Notes: generated by a model from the sequence alone, not told the origin. 64,000 nt of DNA from Candidatus Ozemobacteraceae bacterium (GCA_965140445.1 OZ223236.1:3392001-3456000), one strand, 5' to 3'; numbered from the stretch's first letter, positions 9,678 through 20,640 are shown. Program-made: numbers and translations.

Positions 9678-11727
9678 TTTTTTTCGTCAGAAAAAACTTA
9701 AATTTAAAATATTACTGGTTTTTGCAGTAATTCTTATTATTCCAATGGCTATCTTAATGTGGGCTGCCTTAAAAAGGACAACTCAGGTAGCCAGGGCAGA
9801 CTTCAACAGAAGATTAGGTTACGCAACCAATCTTTTCAGGGAAAGCCTTGAAGATCAAATGGACACTCTTAAAATCCGCGCAAAAACCGTCGCGGATTTT
9901 GATTTTTATTATATGGCTGCTTCAGGCTTCAGTGCCTCAGGAACAAGGCCCCTGATGCAATATGAGCTGGGTCGTTCAGGCCTGGATTTCATTTCTATTG
10001 TTGAAAACCGGCAGGATATTATTCTGGATGAGGGAGTAATTCCTTTTGACTCACTTTCAAAGATTATTCCGGCAATTTGTTATTCTCCTTTGTCTGTTAA
10101 TATGTTTATTCTCGGAGATGAGCCCTGGATATTTGCAGCAGCTCGTATTACAAAGCTTCGAACCGATGTTCCCAAACATGTAGTTTTTGCACAAAGATTG
10201 CCCAGAGATTTTGCAGATAAGCTAAAAAGCCTTACGGGAGCAGAGTTTAGTCTTTTATATGCAGGAAAAAGAGTTCTAACAACTCAAATGGATAACTACA
10301 GCAAAAGAAAGTCCGGAATTATGACAGATAACCCTGACATAAAAGAAGGCCACATGGAAATCTTGGGCAAATCTCACTACTTTGTCAGAGGTGAAGCTCT
10401 AAGAGGAAAAATCTCAGAAACCATCCGCCTGGAAATCTCTTTGCCAGATTCTGAATACAATATTCTAGGAAGAACCATGAAGAGAGACTTTATTTTCTTC
10501 AGCATTCTTGGAATCCTTCTCGCATTAGTAACCGGAACGATCCTGTCTTATCACATCGCCGGCCCGATCAATCTACTGGCACAGAATACCAGCCATATTG
10601 CTGAGGGAAAACTTGAGGTAGAGGTATCACTAGACCGTTTTGACGAGATTGGTATTTTAAGCCGGAATTTTTCTGAAATGGTTTCTAATCTCAAAGAAGA
10701 AAGAGACCTCAAAGAAAGAAGGATGAACGAGTTAAAAACTTTGTTTAAAGTTAGTAACGCCGTAAACCTTTTTACCGAATCTGAAGATCTTTTAAAGTTC
10801 GTTTTAAATCATTCAATTGAAGTGTTAGATGCTGAACGTGGCTCAATAATGCTATTGGATGACCAGACAGACGAATTAATGGTAAAAGTTGCATCGGGGG
10901 GAAGATACAGAATAATTTCAGGAACCCCGGTTAAGCTTGGAGCTGGTGTTTGCGGTCTTGTTGCCCAGGAAGGCGTGGGCAAAATCTGTAATGACGGTTT
11001 CAAGAATCCAAATTTCAAGAATTTCGGCAGTCTTCTTCCGGTTGAAGACATATCAAGCCTGATTTGTTCGCCACTCAAGTTCAAAGAAGGAACAATTGGC
11101 GTAATTAATATTGTAAATAAACGCACCGGAAGAGAATTCAACGAAAATGATCTTTCCCTCCTGAATTTGATTGCTTCTCAAGCTGCAGTAACTATTGAAA
11201 ATAACAAGCTGTATGAGCTTTCAATAACCGATGGTATGACACGTCTCTATGTCCATAGATATTTCCAGGCTCGTTTGTCTGAAGAAATGCTCAGAGCACG
11301 CCGCTATGGTTTAACTCTCTCACTTATAATGATTGATATTGATAACTTTAAAAAGTTTAATGATACCTATGGTCACCAAACTGGCGATCAGGTTATTCAA
11401 AAGGTTGCTCAAGCTATTAAAGATACAATCCGTATTGGAATTGACATTCCTTGTAGATACGGCGGAGAAGAGTTGTCTGTAATTCTTCCGGAAACCAGAG
11501 CAGATGAATCATTTCAAACTGCTGAAAGAATAAGAGAAAAAATTAATTCCGTTGCCATTCCTCACTCAAGTGGTGACCTGAAAGTAACAGTCAGTATCGG
11601 AATCTCTTCTTATCCTAATGACGCGCACGACAAAGAAAGCTTAATAAAAATGGCTGACAAGGCTCTTTATGTAAGTAAAGGAAATGGCAAGAACCAGTCG
11701 ACTCTTGCTGGAACTATTCAGGTTTAA
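9664..11727 (+). CDS. sensor diguanylate cyclase (periplasmic domain-HAMP-GAF-GGDEF)
   Basis: Two TM segments, HAMP (DEIGILSRNF), GAF (GVINIVNK..FNENDL), DIDNFKKFNDTYGH, RYGGEEL. Confidence 0.92.
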   Translation: MPFINFFRQKKLKFKILLVFAVILIIPMAILMWAALKRTTQVARADFNRRLGYATNLFRESLEDQMDTLKIRAKTVADFDFYYMAASGFSASGTRPLMQYELGRSGLDFISIVENRQDIILDEGVIPFDSLSKIIPAICYSPLSVNMFILGDEPWIFAAARITKLRTDVPKHVVFAQRLPRDFADKLKSLTGAEFSLLYAGKRVLTTQMDNYSKRKSGIMTDNPDIKEGHMEILGKSHYFVRGEALRGKISETIRLEISLPDSEYNILGRTMKRDFIFFSILGILLALVTGTILSYHIAGPINLLAQNTSHIAEGKLEVEVSLDRFDEIGILSRNFSEMVSNLKEERDLKERRMNELKTLFKVSNAVNLFTESEDLLKFVLNHSIEVLDAERGSIMLLDDQTDELMVKVASGGRYRIISGTPVKLGAGVCGLVAQEGVGKICNDGFKNPNFKNFGSLLPVEDISSLICSPLKFKEGTIGVINIVNKRTGREFNENDLSLLNLIASQAAVTIENNKLYELSITDGMTRLYVHRYFQARLSEEMLRARRYGLTLSLIMIDIDNFKKFNDTYGHQTGDQVIQKVAQAIKDTIRIGIDIPCRYGGEELSVILPETRADESFQTAERIREKINSVAIPHSSGDLKVTVSIGISSYPNDAHDKESLIKMADKALYVSKGNGKNQSTLAGTIQV

Positions 11728-11732
11728 TAATA

Positions 11733-12659
11733 ATGTTTGCAAAATTTGCCCCTTTTTTCCTGCTTGCCTGTGGGATCTTAAGAAGTACCGACCTGTTTTT
11801 TCGTACCCCGATTATAAAAAAAATCCCGATTCTTACTCTTATCAGTTGGGAACACTTTGTAAATTTTCTGCTGGTTCTTCCACTGATATTTATTTTCAGA
11901 AAGGAATATAAAAAGCTAAATCTTAAAGACTTCGGGCTTTTCTGCCTGATCGGATTTGGTGCTTCAGCCCTTGGAATTCTTTGTTTTACAGAAGCTTTTG
12001 CTTTTATGAATCCGGCATTAGCTGTATTGCTTCAAAAACTTCAACCCATTTTTTCGATTGCTTTAGGAGTAATTGTCTTAAAAGAAAAACCTAAAAAAGG
12101 ATTTTTCCTCTGGGCAGCCGTTGCCATATTGGCTTCTTATCTTGTTTCTTTTGGCACAACTAACCCCTTTTCAGGAGAAGGATACAAAATCGCCATTGGT
12201 TCGTTTTTTGCTTTGGCAGCAGCTTTCTTTTGGGGCGGAGGAACCATCTGGGGTAAAATTCTTCTAAAGAAATACAACCAGGGATTCCTTGTAGCCAACA
12301 GGTTTTTGTTTGGTTTTGCCTTTTGTCTGGTTCTTTCGTTTGCAACAGGAAAAGGAACAGGCATTGAGCTTGTAATGGCAAATGGAAGCGATAACTTGTG
12401 GAGTATCTTTTATATGGCAACCATTTCCGGACTTATCGCCACTTCTTTCTTTTACTCTGGTTTAAGATGGGTAGACGCTACTCTGGCTTCTATTCTGGAG
12501 CTGGTATTCCCCTTCTCTTCTGTTGCAATAATGTGGATGTTTTTCAATCGACCAATTTCAACGGTCCAGATTTTTGCTTCCGCTGTTTTGTTTTTCTCAA
12601 TGTACAAAATAGCAAAAGGCGGGCAGAAAAAACTGGAAGAAGAAAAGGAAGTAGCCTGA
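11733..12659 (+). CDS. DMT/EamA family transporter
   Basis: About 10 hydrophobic helices in two repeats; LLQKLQPIF..LKEK. Confidence 0.8.
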   Translation: MFAKFAPFFLLACGILRSTDLFFRTPIIKKIPILTLISWEHFVNFLLVLPLIFIFRKEYKKLNLKDFGLFCLIGFGASALGILCFTEAFAFMNPALAVLLQKLQPIFSIALGVIVLKEKPKKGFFLWAAVAILASYLVSFGTTNPFSGEGYKIAIGSFFALAAAFFWGGGTIWGKILLKKYNQGFLVANRFLFGFAFCLVLSFATGKGTGIELVMANGSDNLWSIFYMATISGLIATSFFYSGLRWVDATLASILELVFPFSSVAIMWMFFNRPISTVQIFASAVLFFSMYKIAKGGQKKLEEEKEVA

Positions 12660-12675
12660 GCCTTTTTTTCGGCTT

Positions 12676-13011
12676 TTATTCAGCTTTAAGTATCATTTGA
12701 TAAATGCGATACTTTTTTTGATAATCCGCAAGGGCCTGTAGGGTTTCCATGGTTTGCGGTCCACTTTCCCTGGTCAATCTTACATATTCATTATAGGCAA
12801 AAAGATATTCCTTGTGAGCCATTTCAACAGGGGAAAGATTTATGTTTGAAGCCTGAGTTGCACCCTTTGTCGTTGTCCCCTCTATGGGCAGGGTTCCTGT
12901 GGCTTGGTGCACAACTTCACCTTCGGGTTTTGCCAATTCTGGTGACTTTTGATTGCACCCAAACAGCAAGCCTGAAGTTAACATTATGAAAAAAACTATT
13001 TTTTTATTCAT
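12676..13011 (-). CDS. putative lipoprotein
   Basis: Signal peptide with lipobox LLFGC. Confidence 0.7.
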   Translation of the reverse strand: MNKKIVFFIMLTSGLLFGCNQKSPELAKPEGEVVHQATGTLPIEGTTTKGATQASNINLSPVEMAHKEYLFAYNEYVRLTRESGPQTMETLQALADYQKKYRIYQMILKAE

Positions 13012-13250
13012 CTTGCGAAGCCTTTCGGATCAATTATAAGTATATGAAAGGCTGTTGTCAAGCCGATAGCAAAGTTGATTAAATGGAGTTTTCCCCCGAG
13101 AGTTTTGTAAAAAAATTTATTACTTGAATTAAAGGCTTAAAACAGTGTATCATATTTCGTTTTAAGAGGTGAGGAGGAACTACCTTTTGCCTCCTGCATT
13201 TTTGTCTCAAAGAATTTATTGAGATAAACAGCCCAGGAAAGGGGAGAAAT

Positions 13251-14426
13251 ATGAAAACTGTTCTCGAAAAAGGAACCATTTTTTATCAAGGAAAATTCCA
13301 GGAACTAGGAAGACTGGTAATTGAAAAAGGTAAGATTTCAGAAATAACACTTGCATCAACCAAAGCCAAAAAAGCCAAAGCAACAACCACAAAAAAGAAA
13401 TCTGAAGCCTCTGAAAAGGTCGTCGATTGTTCTGATAAGTTTATTTTACCAGGATTTATCGATGCTCATACCCACGTTAGTTTGGAAGAAGAGGGTGTAG
13501 GCTATTTTGACGATGATTTAAACGAATCTTATGGTCTTGCTACTCCCCAGGTTAGAGCTTTTGACGCAGTAAAAATGAGAGATCGTGCATTTAAAGATGC
13601 GCTTTCAGGTGGAGTTACAACAGTAATGATTACTCCAGGCTCTGCTAATCCTATTGGTGGCCAGTGCTGCATCATGAAAGTAGTTGGAAATATTGCTGAA
13701 GACGGCGTAGTTAAAGAAAGTTCCGGAATGAAATTTGCTTTTGGCGAAAATCCAAAGCACATTTATGGCGGACAGAAAAAATTCCCTTCAACACGCATGG
13801 GTACCGCGGCTGTCATCAGAGAAATGTTGATGAAAGCTCAGGACTACAGCAAAAAGAAAAAATCAAAAGAATTTAGAGATAGAGAAATCCAGATGGAAGC
13901 CCTTCTTCCTTTGATAGAAGGCAAAATTCAAGCCAGAGCACATGCTCATCAGGCAGACGACATTATTACTGCCTATAGAATAGCTCAGGAATTCAATCTT
14001 GATCTAATCTTCGATCATTGTACCGAAGGACATCTTATCGCAAAAGAACTCGGAAAATGGAAAGCTAGAGCGGTTGTAGGACCAAGTTTTTCAACTCGCG
14101 GTAAACCTGAATTAAAAAATAAAACCTTTAAAACTGTTGAAGCTTTGATGGACGAAGGTTGTGTAGTTGCCCTGACTACTGATCATCCGGTAATGCCAAT
14201 TGAAGGCTTAAATGTAAGCGCAGCAATGTGTGTAAGATACGGCCTGGATGAAGAAAGAGCAATCAAGGCAATTACTGAAAATCCTGCCATTATTCTTGGC
14301 CTGGATAAAAAATTAGGTAAACTTGAGGTTGGATTTGATGCGGACGTAGTTGTTTGGAATAACCATCCGTTAGATGTACGTTCCCGCCCGGAAGCTGTTT
14401 TTGTAGACGGTAACCAAGCACTATAA
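13251..14426 (+). CDS. metal-dependent amidohydrolase
   Basis: PGFIDAHTH, MKFAFGENPK, HAHQADDI, DHCTEG, TTDHP. Confidence 0.88.
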   Translation: MKTVLEKGTIFYQGKFQELGRLVIEKGKISEITLASTKAKKAKATTTKKKSEASEKVVDCSDKFILPGFIDAHTHVSLEEEGVGYFDDDLNESYGLATPQVRAFDAVKMRDRAFKDALSGGVTTVMITPGSANPIGGQCCIMKVVGNIAEDGVVKESSGMKFAFGENPKHIYGGQKKFPSTRMGTAAVIREMLMKAQDYSKKKKSKEFRDREIQMEALLPLIEGKIQARAHAHQADDIITAYRIAQEFNLDLIFDHCTEGHLIAKELGKWKARAVVGPSFSTRGKPELKNKTFKTVEALMDEGCVVALTTDHPVMPIEGLNVSAAMCVRYGLDEERAIKAITENPAIILGLDKKLGKLEVGFDADVVVWNNHPLDVRSRPEAVFVDGNQAL

Positions 14427-14449
14427 ATCCAACAAAGTTGAGAGCTAGT

Positions 14450-15622
14450 ATGTCAATTATTTTTAATAACGTTAGAATCTCCATGAGCGGGACTTTCTTT
14501 CCCGGTCAGAAGGTTCTTGTTGAAAAAGGGAAAATTGCATCCGTTGGCTCCCGCATCCTTAAAAATGTAAGAAAAAAAATAGAATGTGATCAAAAATTTC
14601 TTGTTGCTGGTTTAATAGATGCTCATAGTCACCTAGGGCTTTTTGATAATGGTTATTCCATTCCAGGAACTGGAAACGACGTTGCGGAAGTCTTTGCAGA
14701 AATCACACCACATCTAAGACCATTAGATGGTGTAAGAATGAAAGACAGGTCCCTGGAAGACGCCAGAAGAGCTGGAGTTACCACTTGCATGGTGTGCCCC
14801 GGTTCTGATCTTCCAATAGCTGGACAATGTTCAATTCTAAAAACCAATGGTAACTCAGCTGATGTTGGCTTAATTGTCGAACAGGCTGGAGTACTGATCT
14901 CAATTGGTGAAAAGCCAAAAATGGCAGCAAAGCAAAGAGAATCCGGAGTTCAAACCAGAATGGGTATTTCTTCTTTAATTAGAGAAACCCTGATGAAAGC
15001 TCAGGATTATTACGCACAAAAGATCAGTAAAAAAGGACTGCGGGATAGAGATATTAAAATGGAAGCTCTTATCCCCCTGATAAAACAGGAAATTCCATTG
15101 AGGGCTGTTGCTCATCGAGCAGATGATATTATGGCCGCAATCAGAATTGCCGAAGAATTCGATTTGAAACTCGTAATAGAACACGGAACCGAAGCTTATC
15201 TAATTGCAGATATTCTCGCAGAGAAAAAGATTCCAGTTGTTCTGGGTCCAAGCTTGATTCCTCAATTAAGAACCGAGCTCCGTGAAAAGAGCTTTGAAAG
15301 TGCCAGGATTCTTGTGGATAAAGGCGTAAAAATTGCATTAACTTGCGATTATCCTGGACTACCTATAGAAACATTACGTGTTGCTGCAGCTATGGCTGTT
15401 CAATACGGCATGGACGAAAAATCTGCTTTAAAAGCTATTACTGAATGGCCAGCAGAAATTCTCGGAGTTTCATCCAGAATCGGAAAGATTAAAAAGGGTT
15501 ACGACGCTGATCTCGCTCTTTTTTCTGGTCACCCATTAGACATTAGATCCAAATTAGATGCTTTGGTTGTTGATGGCGACTTGTTCATCTTCTCTGATGA
15601 CCTGGAAATTATTGAAGAATAA
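14450..15622 (+). CDS. amidohydrolase paralogue with partly altered active site
   Basis: DAHSH, AHRADDI, EHGTE, TCDYP; collinear with the upstream gene. Confidence 0.85.
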   Translation: MSIIFNNVRISMSGTFFPGQKVLVEKGKIASVGSRILKNVRKKIECDQKFLVAGLIDAHSHLGLFDNGYSIPGTGNDVAEVFAEITPHLRPLDGVRMKDRSLEDARRAGVTTCMVCPGSDLPIAGQCSILKTNGNSADVGLIVEQAGVLISIGEKPKMAAKQRESGVQTRMGISSLIRETLMKAQDYYAQKISKKGLRDRDIKMEALIPLIKQEIPLRAVAHRADDIMAAIRIAEEFDLKLVIEHGTEAYLIADILAEKKIPVVLGPSLIPQLRTELREKSFESARILVDKGVKIALTCDYPGLPIETLRVAAAMAVQYGMDEKSALKAITEWPAEILGVSSRIGKIKKGYDADLALFSGHPLDIRSKLDALVVDGDLFIFSDDLEIIEE

Positions 15623-15628
15623 ATAATT

Positions 15629-15671
15629 AAAAATGCCGTTTTACTTAATTGTAAAACGGCATTTTTTTTTT
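15629..15671. terminator. bidirectional rho-independent terminator
   Basis: AAAAATGCCGTTTTAC-ttaatt-GTAAAACGGCATTTTT between convergent ORFs. Confidence 0.85.
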
Positions 15672-15692
15672 GCAAATTTTGTAACAATAGGC

Positions 15693-15917
15693 TTATTTTC
15701 TGGCCTTAACAAAGCGATAAACAGGAAGGTTTTCAAAGCCTTTAATCGTAGTAAAAGCAGCTCGCTTTTTCTTTTTTATCCCTTCATCATTTGCAGACTG
15801 CGGTGGAAAAGTTTTCTGCCCTCGCCCGCCCTGAATAGCTTTGCGGCGAGCCAGTTTTTTCATGATTTCGTCGATCATTACGCTTTTGTTGAAAGGAACA
15901 AACCTTATTTTTTTCAT
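15693..15917 (-). CDS. small basic hypothetical protein
   Basis: 74-aa K/R-rich ORF ending at the shared terminator. Confidence 0.45.
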   Translation of the reverse strand: MKKIRFVPFNKSVMIDEIMKKLARRKAIQGGRGQKTFPPQSANDEGIKKKKRAAFTTIKGFENLPVYRFVKARK

Positions 15918-16076
15918 ATATAGAATTTAGCATAGGTTTGTAATACTGGCAATCGACTTAATTCAAAAAACTATCAGGATGATTCCTTGGGCTTAAGCGC
16001 TAAAACACTGGAAATTAGATGAAAACGAGGAAAAATTATGCTATTCTTCAAATCAACAAACAGAAGGTGAAAAAAA

Positions 16077-17486
16077 ATGACAAAAACAGAAATACAATTA
16101 GAAAATAAGATTTTTGTAAACAGAACCTTAAACCTCAATAGCATTAAGCTAATAGGTTTTGATATGGATTATACGCTTGCAACATACAATGTTCCGGTTT
16201 TTGAAGAGAAAGCATATTCGATAATCCAGAATAAATTGATTGAAAACTATGATTACCCAAAAGATATATTAGATCTTAAATTTGATAAAAACTTTATTAT
16301 CCGTGGTCTGGTTATAGACACCGAGAATGGCAACGTTTTAAAGGTAAATCAGTTTGGATTTGTTAGAAAAGCATCCCATGGAACCAGATTTTTTACATTT
16401 GAAGAACAAAAAGAGCTTTTCGGCCCAAAAAACATTGATCTTTCTGATCCAGTTTATTACATCATTCACACCCTCTTCTCATTAGCGGAAGGCTGTATTT
16501 ATGCCCAGCTGGTAGACTATTATGATGAGAGAGATATAAAGGTTAATTATAAAAAGCTTTTTAGAGATGTTAGAAAATCTCTAAATGACGCTCACCAGGA
16601 TGAAACCCTCAAAGGCGATATAATTGAAAATCCCTCAAAATACCTTATTCGCGACGAAAGAATCGTGAAAGCTCTCAAAAGGTTTAAAAAATTCGGGAAA
16701 AAAATAGCCTTAATTACCAATTCTGACTATGACTACAGCCGAAAGGTTATGGATTATTGTTTCAGCCCTTATTTAAAAGAACCCTGGCAGGATCTTTTTG
16801 ATTTAATAATCGTGGCTGCCAATAAACCCGCCTATTTCACAGAAAAACATAGATACCTGAAAGTAGACCCGGAAACAGGATTACTTTCAAATTTCTTCGG
16901 AAAAATTAATTGGCATGAAATTTATCAAGGCGGTAACGCTGAAATTCTTGAAAAGAATCTAAAGCTTTCCCCATCAGAGATTCTTTATATTGGCGATCAC
17001 ATTCTGGGTGACGTTGTTACCCTTAAAGAAGCAATTGGATGGAGAACCGGATTGGTAATCCAGGAGCTTGAGGAAGAAGTCCCAATTTTGCAGAATTCTT
17101 CCCATATTCACCAAAAGATCGCCAAAAAAATGGAAGAGAAGGAAGCCATTGAAAATAGAATTCTTCAAATCAGAGAAAAACTTTGGGGACAAAAGTCTGA
17201 CCAAAAGCTCTCCGATGAGTGGGATCGCCTCCGTGATGAAACTAAAGAACTGGACGATTTGATTCGCCAGCTAATTTTTGACTCTCAAAAAGATTTCAAT
17301 CCATATTGGGGTGAAGTAATGCGGGCAGGCAATGAAATATCTCGATTCGCTACTCTGGTGGAGCGATATGCGTGCATTTACATGTCCAGTGTTGCAAATT
17401 TAAGCTATTATTCGCCCTTTAAATATTTTAGATCACAAAGAAGATTTCTTGCGCATGATATCTTGCCATGCGAATCTGAGAAATAA
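16077..17486 (+). CDS. HAD-IG family (cN-II-like) 5'-nucleotidase
   Basis: GFDMDYTL, LITNS, YIGDHILGDV, GWRT, RYACIY. Confidence 0.9.
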   Translation: MTKTEIQLENKIFVNRTLNLNSIKLIGFDMDYTLATYNVPVFEEKAYSIIQNKLIENYDYPKDILDLKFDKNFIIRGLVIDTENGNVLKVNQFGFVRKASHGTRFFTFEEQKELFGPKNIDLSDPVYYIIHTLFSLAEGCIYAQLVDYYDERDIKVNYKKLFRDVRKSLNDAHQDETLKGDIIENPSKYLIRDERIVKALKRFKKFGKKIALITNSDYDYSRKVMDYCFSPYLKEPWQDLFDLIIVAANKPAYFTEKHRYLKVDPETGLLSNFFGKINWHEIYQGGNAEILEKNLKLSPSEILYIGDHILGDVVTLKEAIGWRTGLVIQELEEEVPILQNSSHIHQKIAKKMEEKEAIENRILQIREKLWGQKSDQKLSDEWDRLRDETKELDDLIRQLIFDSQKDFNPYWGEVMRAGNEISRFATLVERYACIYMSSVANLSYYSPFKYFRSQRRFLAHDILPCESEK

Positions 17487-17615
17487 TTCCGTGCCCTATC
17501 TGCATATTTATTGAAACTTTTGCTTCAGAAAGCTTTTTGGCAGACTGAAAATAATAACACTATTGTTTTAGAGCAAAGCGTACGATAGATATAGTAGCTC
17601 AATTTGGGAGGATTT

Positions 17616-18458
17616 ATGAAAAGGTTTTATTTTATTGGAATTGCACTTATTTGTTTTATGTTTTGCAGTCTTTCTGCTTCTGCATCGTTAAGTCTTTTTG
17701 CTCAAGGGAAAACATTTTTTATTAATGTTCGTAATCAAAGCTATAGACCGATTTATAACGCCAGAGGTAGAGTTTCAGTAATAGGCAATTATGCGCAAAT
17801 TCAAGTTGAAGCACCTGGTTATAAATCTGCTCAGAAATCAATCAGAATAAATGAAGACACTAATAACTACAATGAAACAATAAGCCTCAGTGATCCAACT
17901 GTTTTTGCTGATGTTGTTGATTATGATGGTTTCACAATTGGTGGCGGATTCGTTTCCCATTATTCACAGACCATGTATTCTGCTGATGAATTTGGAATTA
18001 GAGGCGACTTTCCATGTAACGGTTTTGAAAATATGACTGAAGCTGATGTTCGTGTTCAAATTAATGGAATTTCAAGCTTCAGACCAAGAGTGTATTTGAG
18101 CAAAACTACTGACAGATGGAAATTCGAAATTATTTTGAATCGTAGAGAAATGCAGGAATTCAGCAATAGAATTAGAATCTTCTTTAAGCAAGATGCAACT
18201 GAAGGCGAAGAAAAGTCCTACGAAATAGTTACTCTTCTTGAAGATTATGAAAACAATACTGCCCAGCTTTCTTTCCTGCAGGACGAAGAAAATATCAATA
18301 TTTGCTACAACAGACTTGATTCAATTAAAAATCAACTTATCAGAGCTACAAATTCCATGGATAAAGGTGAATTAAATACCCTAATCAACTCAATGGATAA
18401 ATCTCATCCTCTATATAATTCAATTTTCCAAATCTGGCAATTTAACACCATCTATTAA
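17616..18458 (+). CDS. secreted hypothetical protein
   Basis: GGAGG RBS, N-terminal signal peptide, downstream terminator. Confidence 0.75.
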   Translation: MKRFYFIGIALICFMFCSLSASASLSLFAQGKTFFINVRNQSYRPIYNARGRVSVIGNYAQIQVEAPGYKSAQKSIRINEDTNNYNETISLSDPTVFADVVDYDGFTIGGGFVSHYSQTMYSADEFGIRGDFPCNGFENMTEADVRVQINGISSFRPRVYLSKTTDRWKFEIILNRREMQEFSNRIRIFFKQDATEGEEKSYEIVTLLEDYENNTAQLSFLQDEENINICYNRLDSIKNQLIRATNSMDKGELNTLINSMDKSHPLYNSIFQIWQFNTIY

Positions 18459-18469
18459 AATAAAACCAT

Positions 18470-18514
18470 AAAGAAAAGGGCTGTTTGCTTTTGTAGACAG
18501 CCCTTTTCTTTTTT
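18470..18514 (+). terminator. rho-independent terminator
   Basis: AAGAAAAGGGCTGT...ACAGCCCTTTTCTT followed by T-run. Confidence 0.8.
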
Positions 18515-18565
18515 AGAAAAACAGGTATGTTTAGAAAATAAACTAATTAAGCAGAGAGGTCTCTT

Positions 18566-19255
18566 ATGAAAAAACTAATTCTTTTGCGTCACGGCCAAAG
18601 TCAATGGAATCTTGAAAACCGCTTCACCGGTTGGACTGATGTTCCTTTATCCGAAAAAGGTATGTTAGAGGCAGCAGAAGCAGGAAAGAAGCTTCAGGCC
18701 GCGGGAATAACTGTAGACAAGGCATATACTTCCAGATTGAAAAGGGCTATCAAAACCCTATGGATCTGCCTTGAAGAAATGGATAGAATGTGGATTCCTG
18801 TGGAAAGAGACTGGCGATTAAATGAAAGGCATTACGGAGCTCTTCAGGGATTGAATAAGGCGGAAACAGCACAAAAGTATGGTGATGAGCAGGTTCATAT
18901 CTGGCGGAGATCATATGCCACCACCCCACCCCTGATAGAAAAAAACGATGAAAGATACCCCGGGCTAGACCCCAGATATTCAGATTTGACCGAACAGGAA
19001 ACACCGGTTGGTGAATCATTAAAAAATACCATTAAAAGGTTTTTACCACTTTGGGAGGAAAAAATTAAAAGGGAAATCCTTGAAACAGATAAAACCATTT
19101 TGATTGCTGCCCATGGTAACAGTTTGCGTGCACTGGTAATGATTCTTGATAAACTAAGTGAAGAACAGGTTCTGGATTTAAATATCCCTACTGGTGTGCC
19201 CTTGGTTTATGAACTTGACGAAAAAATCACTCCTCTTAAGCATTATTACCTCTAG
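18566..19255 (+). CDS. gpmA: 2,3-BPG-dependent phosphoglycerate mutase
   Basis: [35 protein letters not shown]. Confidence 0.97.
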   Translation: MKKLILLRHGQSQWNLENRFTGWTDVPLSEKGMLEAAEAGKKLQAAGITVDKAYTSRLKRAIKTLWICLEEMDRMWIPVERDWRLNERHYGALQGLNKAETAQKYGDEQVHIWRRSYATTPPLIEKNDERYPGLDPRYSDLTEQETPVGESLKNTIKRFLPLWEEKIKREILETDKTILIAAHGNSLRALVMILDKLSEEQVLDLNIPTGVPLVYELDEKITPLKHYYL

Positions 19256-19308
19256 CAAGCTTTTAGAGAAGTGATTTTTGAAAGATGAAAATCAGGGCTT
19301 AGTGTAAA

Positions 19309-20553
19309 TCAGGGTTTGATTTCTATTAAGCCATTGTGCTGACAAAATCGGTTCAAAATTTCATGGTGGTCTCCAGGGACAATCAGGTGATGATTTCCCA
19401 ATGGTTTCTGAAGCATGTATTTATCAGGGTTTTCGCATTCAAATCTTAACTGGGTCCTACAAAGATTTGGAGAGAAATCTCCAATCTTTATTTTCCCGGG
19501 GAGAGCTACATATTTGCTCATGTTTTTTCCACCAATCTTGAAAAGAGTGCCTTCGCTTTCTTTAAAAACACCTTTAATAGCAACGCCTTTGTTTGATTCA
19601 AAGTGAGTTTCAAGCTCGAAATTGTCAAGAATTGTGGTTGGCACTGTGCAATGGGCAAAGGTGATTGAATTGGAATTAACACTTGAAGGATTTGCCATAA
19701 AGGAGGCTTTTAGAGTTAATTTATTAGCTACAACCATCGAAAATAGTGCTGGAACATCCCCTTCACAAGCAGTAGGGAAACCAAGGTCATTCAATAACGA
19801 TACTGCAAGACAACCAGTGTTAGAGAATGTATTTAGAAGATCAAAGCACCTGACTGTGCTGCCAGACAAACCATAGGTCTCATTTACAACTTTTAATGAA
19901 GAATAGATTCTGGCAGCTTCCCGAAATACGTTCTGATTATCAGAAAACTCTGAATACTTTGCTTCAAAAGCTTTTTTGAAATCATCATCTACAACTGCGC
20001 CCTTAACACTTTCAAAAACTTCTAAGAATTCTTCCATAGAGATTTCCCAGAATTCCAACCCAAATCTATGAGTTATTTCGTCTATTTCGGGCATACTTGC
20101 TATTAACCAGTCAGAAGGTTTTCCGACAATTCCAAGCTTTTGTTTTGAGATAGATTTTTGCACATCCACAATTCGGATAAGGGCTTCAAGATCGGTAATA
20201 ACCTTGTTCGGGTCCCCATGAATTATGCCTTCACAATTTTTTATTTCTTTCTGATTTAGCCAGCTTAAGATTTCAATAGACGCTGGCAGTGAGTTGTCCG
20301 TCTCAGTGGCAATCAAGACAAATTTTTTATTAGCTTTTCGCAGATTCCGAAAGACTTCTTGAAACCTGCTTTCTGAACCACCGGTCATGATAAAGCAAAT
20401 TACAAATTCAATCTCTGGTCGTAAAATGTCTTCGACACCGATTTCCTGTGCACCAGTTTTGGCTAATACAGGCTTTGAATACAAATTATTTAATTTTTCA
20501 ATCTTATCAATATCGTGAAGATCTGAAAATATTTTAATTAGTCCGCTTTTCAT
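19309..20553 (-). CDS. L-fucose/L-arabinose isomerase-like protein
   Basis: TVRCFDL, ACEGD, FMAN, AHCTVP, THFES, CRTQ, GNHH. Confidence 0.7.
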   Translation of the reverse strand: MKSGLIKIFSDLHDIDKIEKLNNLYSKPVLAKTGAQEIGVEDILRPEIEFVICFIMTGGSESRFQEVFRNLRKANKKFVLIATETDNSLPASIEILSWLNQKEIKNCEGIIHGDPNKVITDLEALIRIVDVQKSISKQKLGIVGKPSDWLIASMPEIDEITHRFGLEFWEISMEEFLEVFESVKGAVVDDDFKKAFEAKYSEFSDNQNVFREAARIYSSLKVVNETYGLSGSTVRCFDLLNTFSNTGCLAVSLLNDLGFPTACEGDVPALFSMVVANKLTLKASFMANPSSVNSNSITFAHCTVPTTILDNFELETHFESNKGVAIKGVFKESEGTLFKIGGKNMSKYVALPGKIKIGDFSPNLCRTQLRFECENPDKYMLQKPLGNHHLIVPGDHHEILNRFCQHNGLIEIKP

Positions 20554-20640
20554 CCTTTTATCCTTTTCAGTAGATATCTAAAACATATATACTTTAAAAT
20601 ACATAATCAACATGATAATAAAAAAACAGGAATAGAAAAC

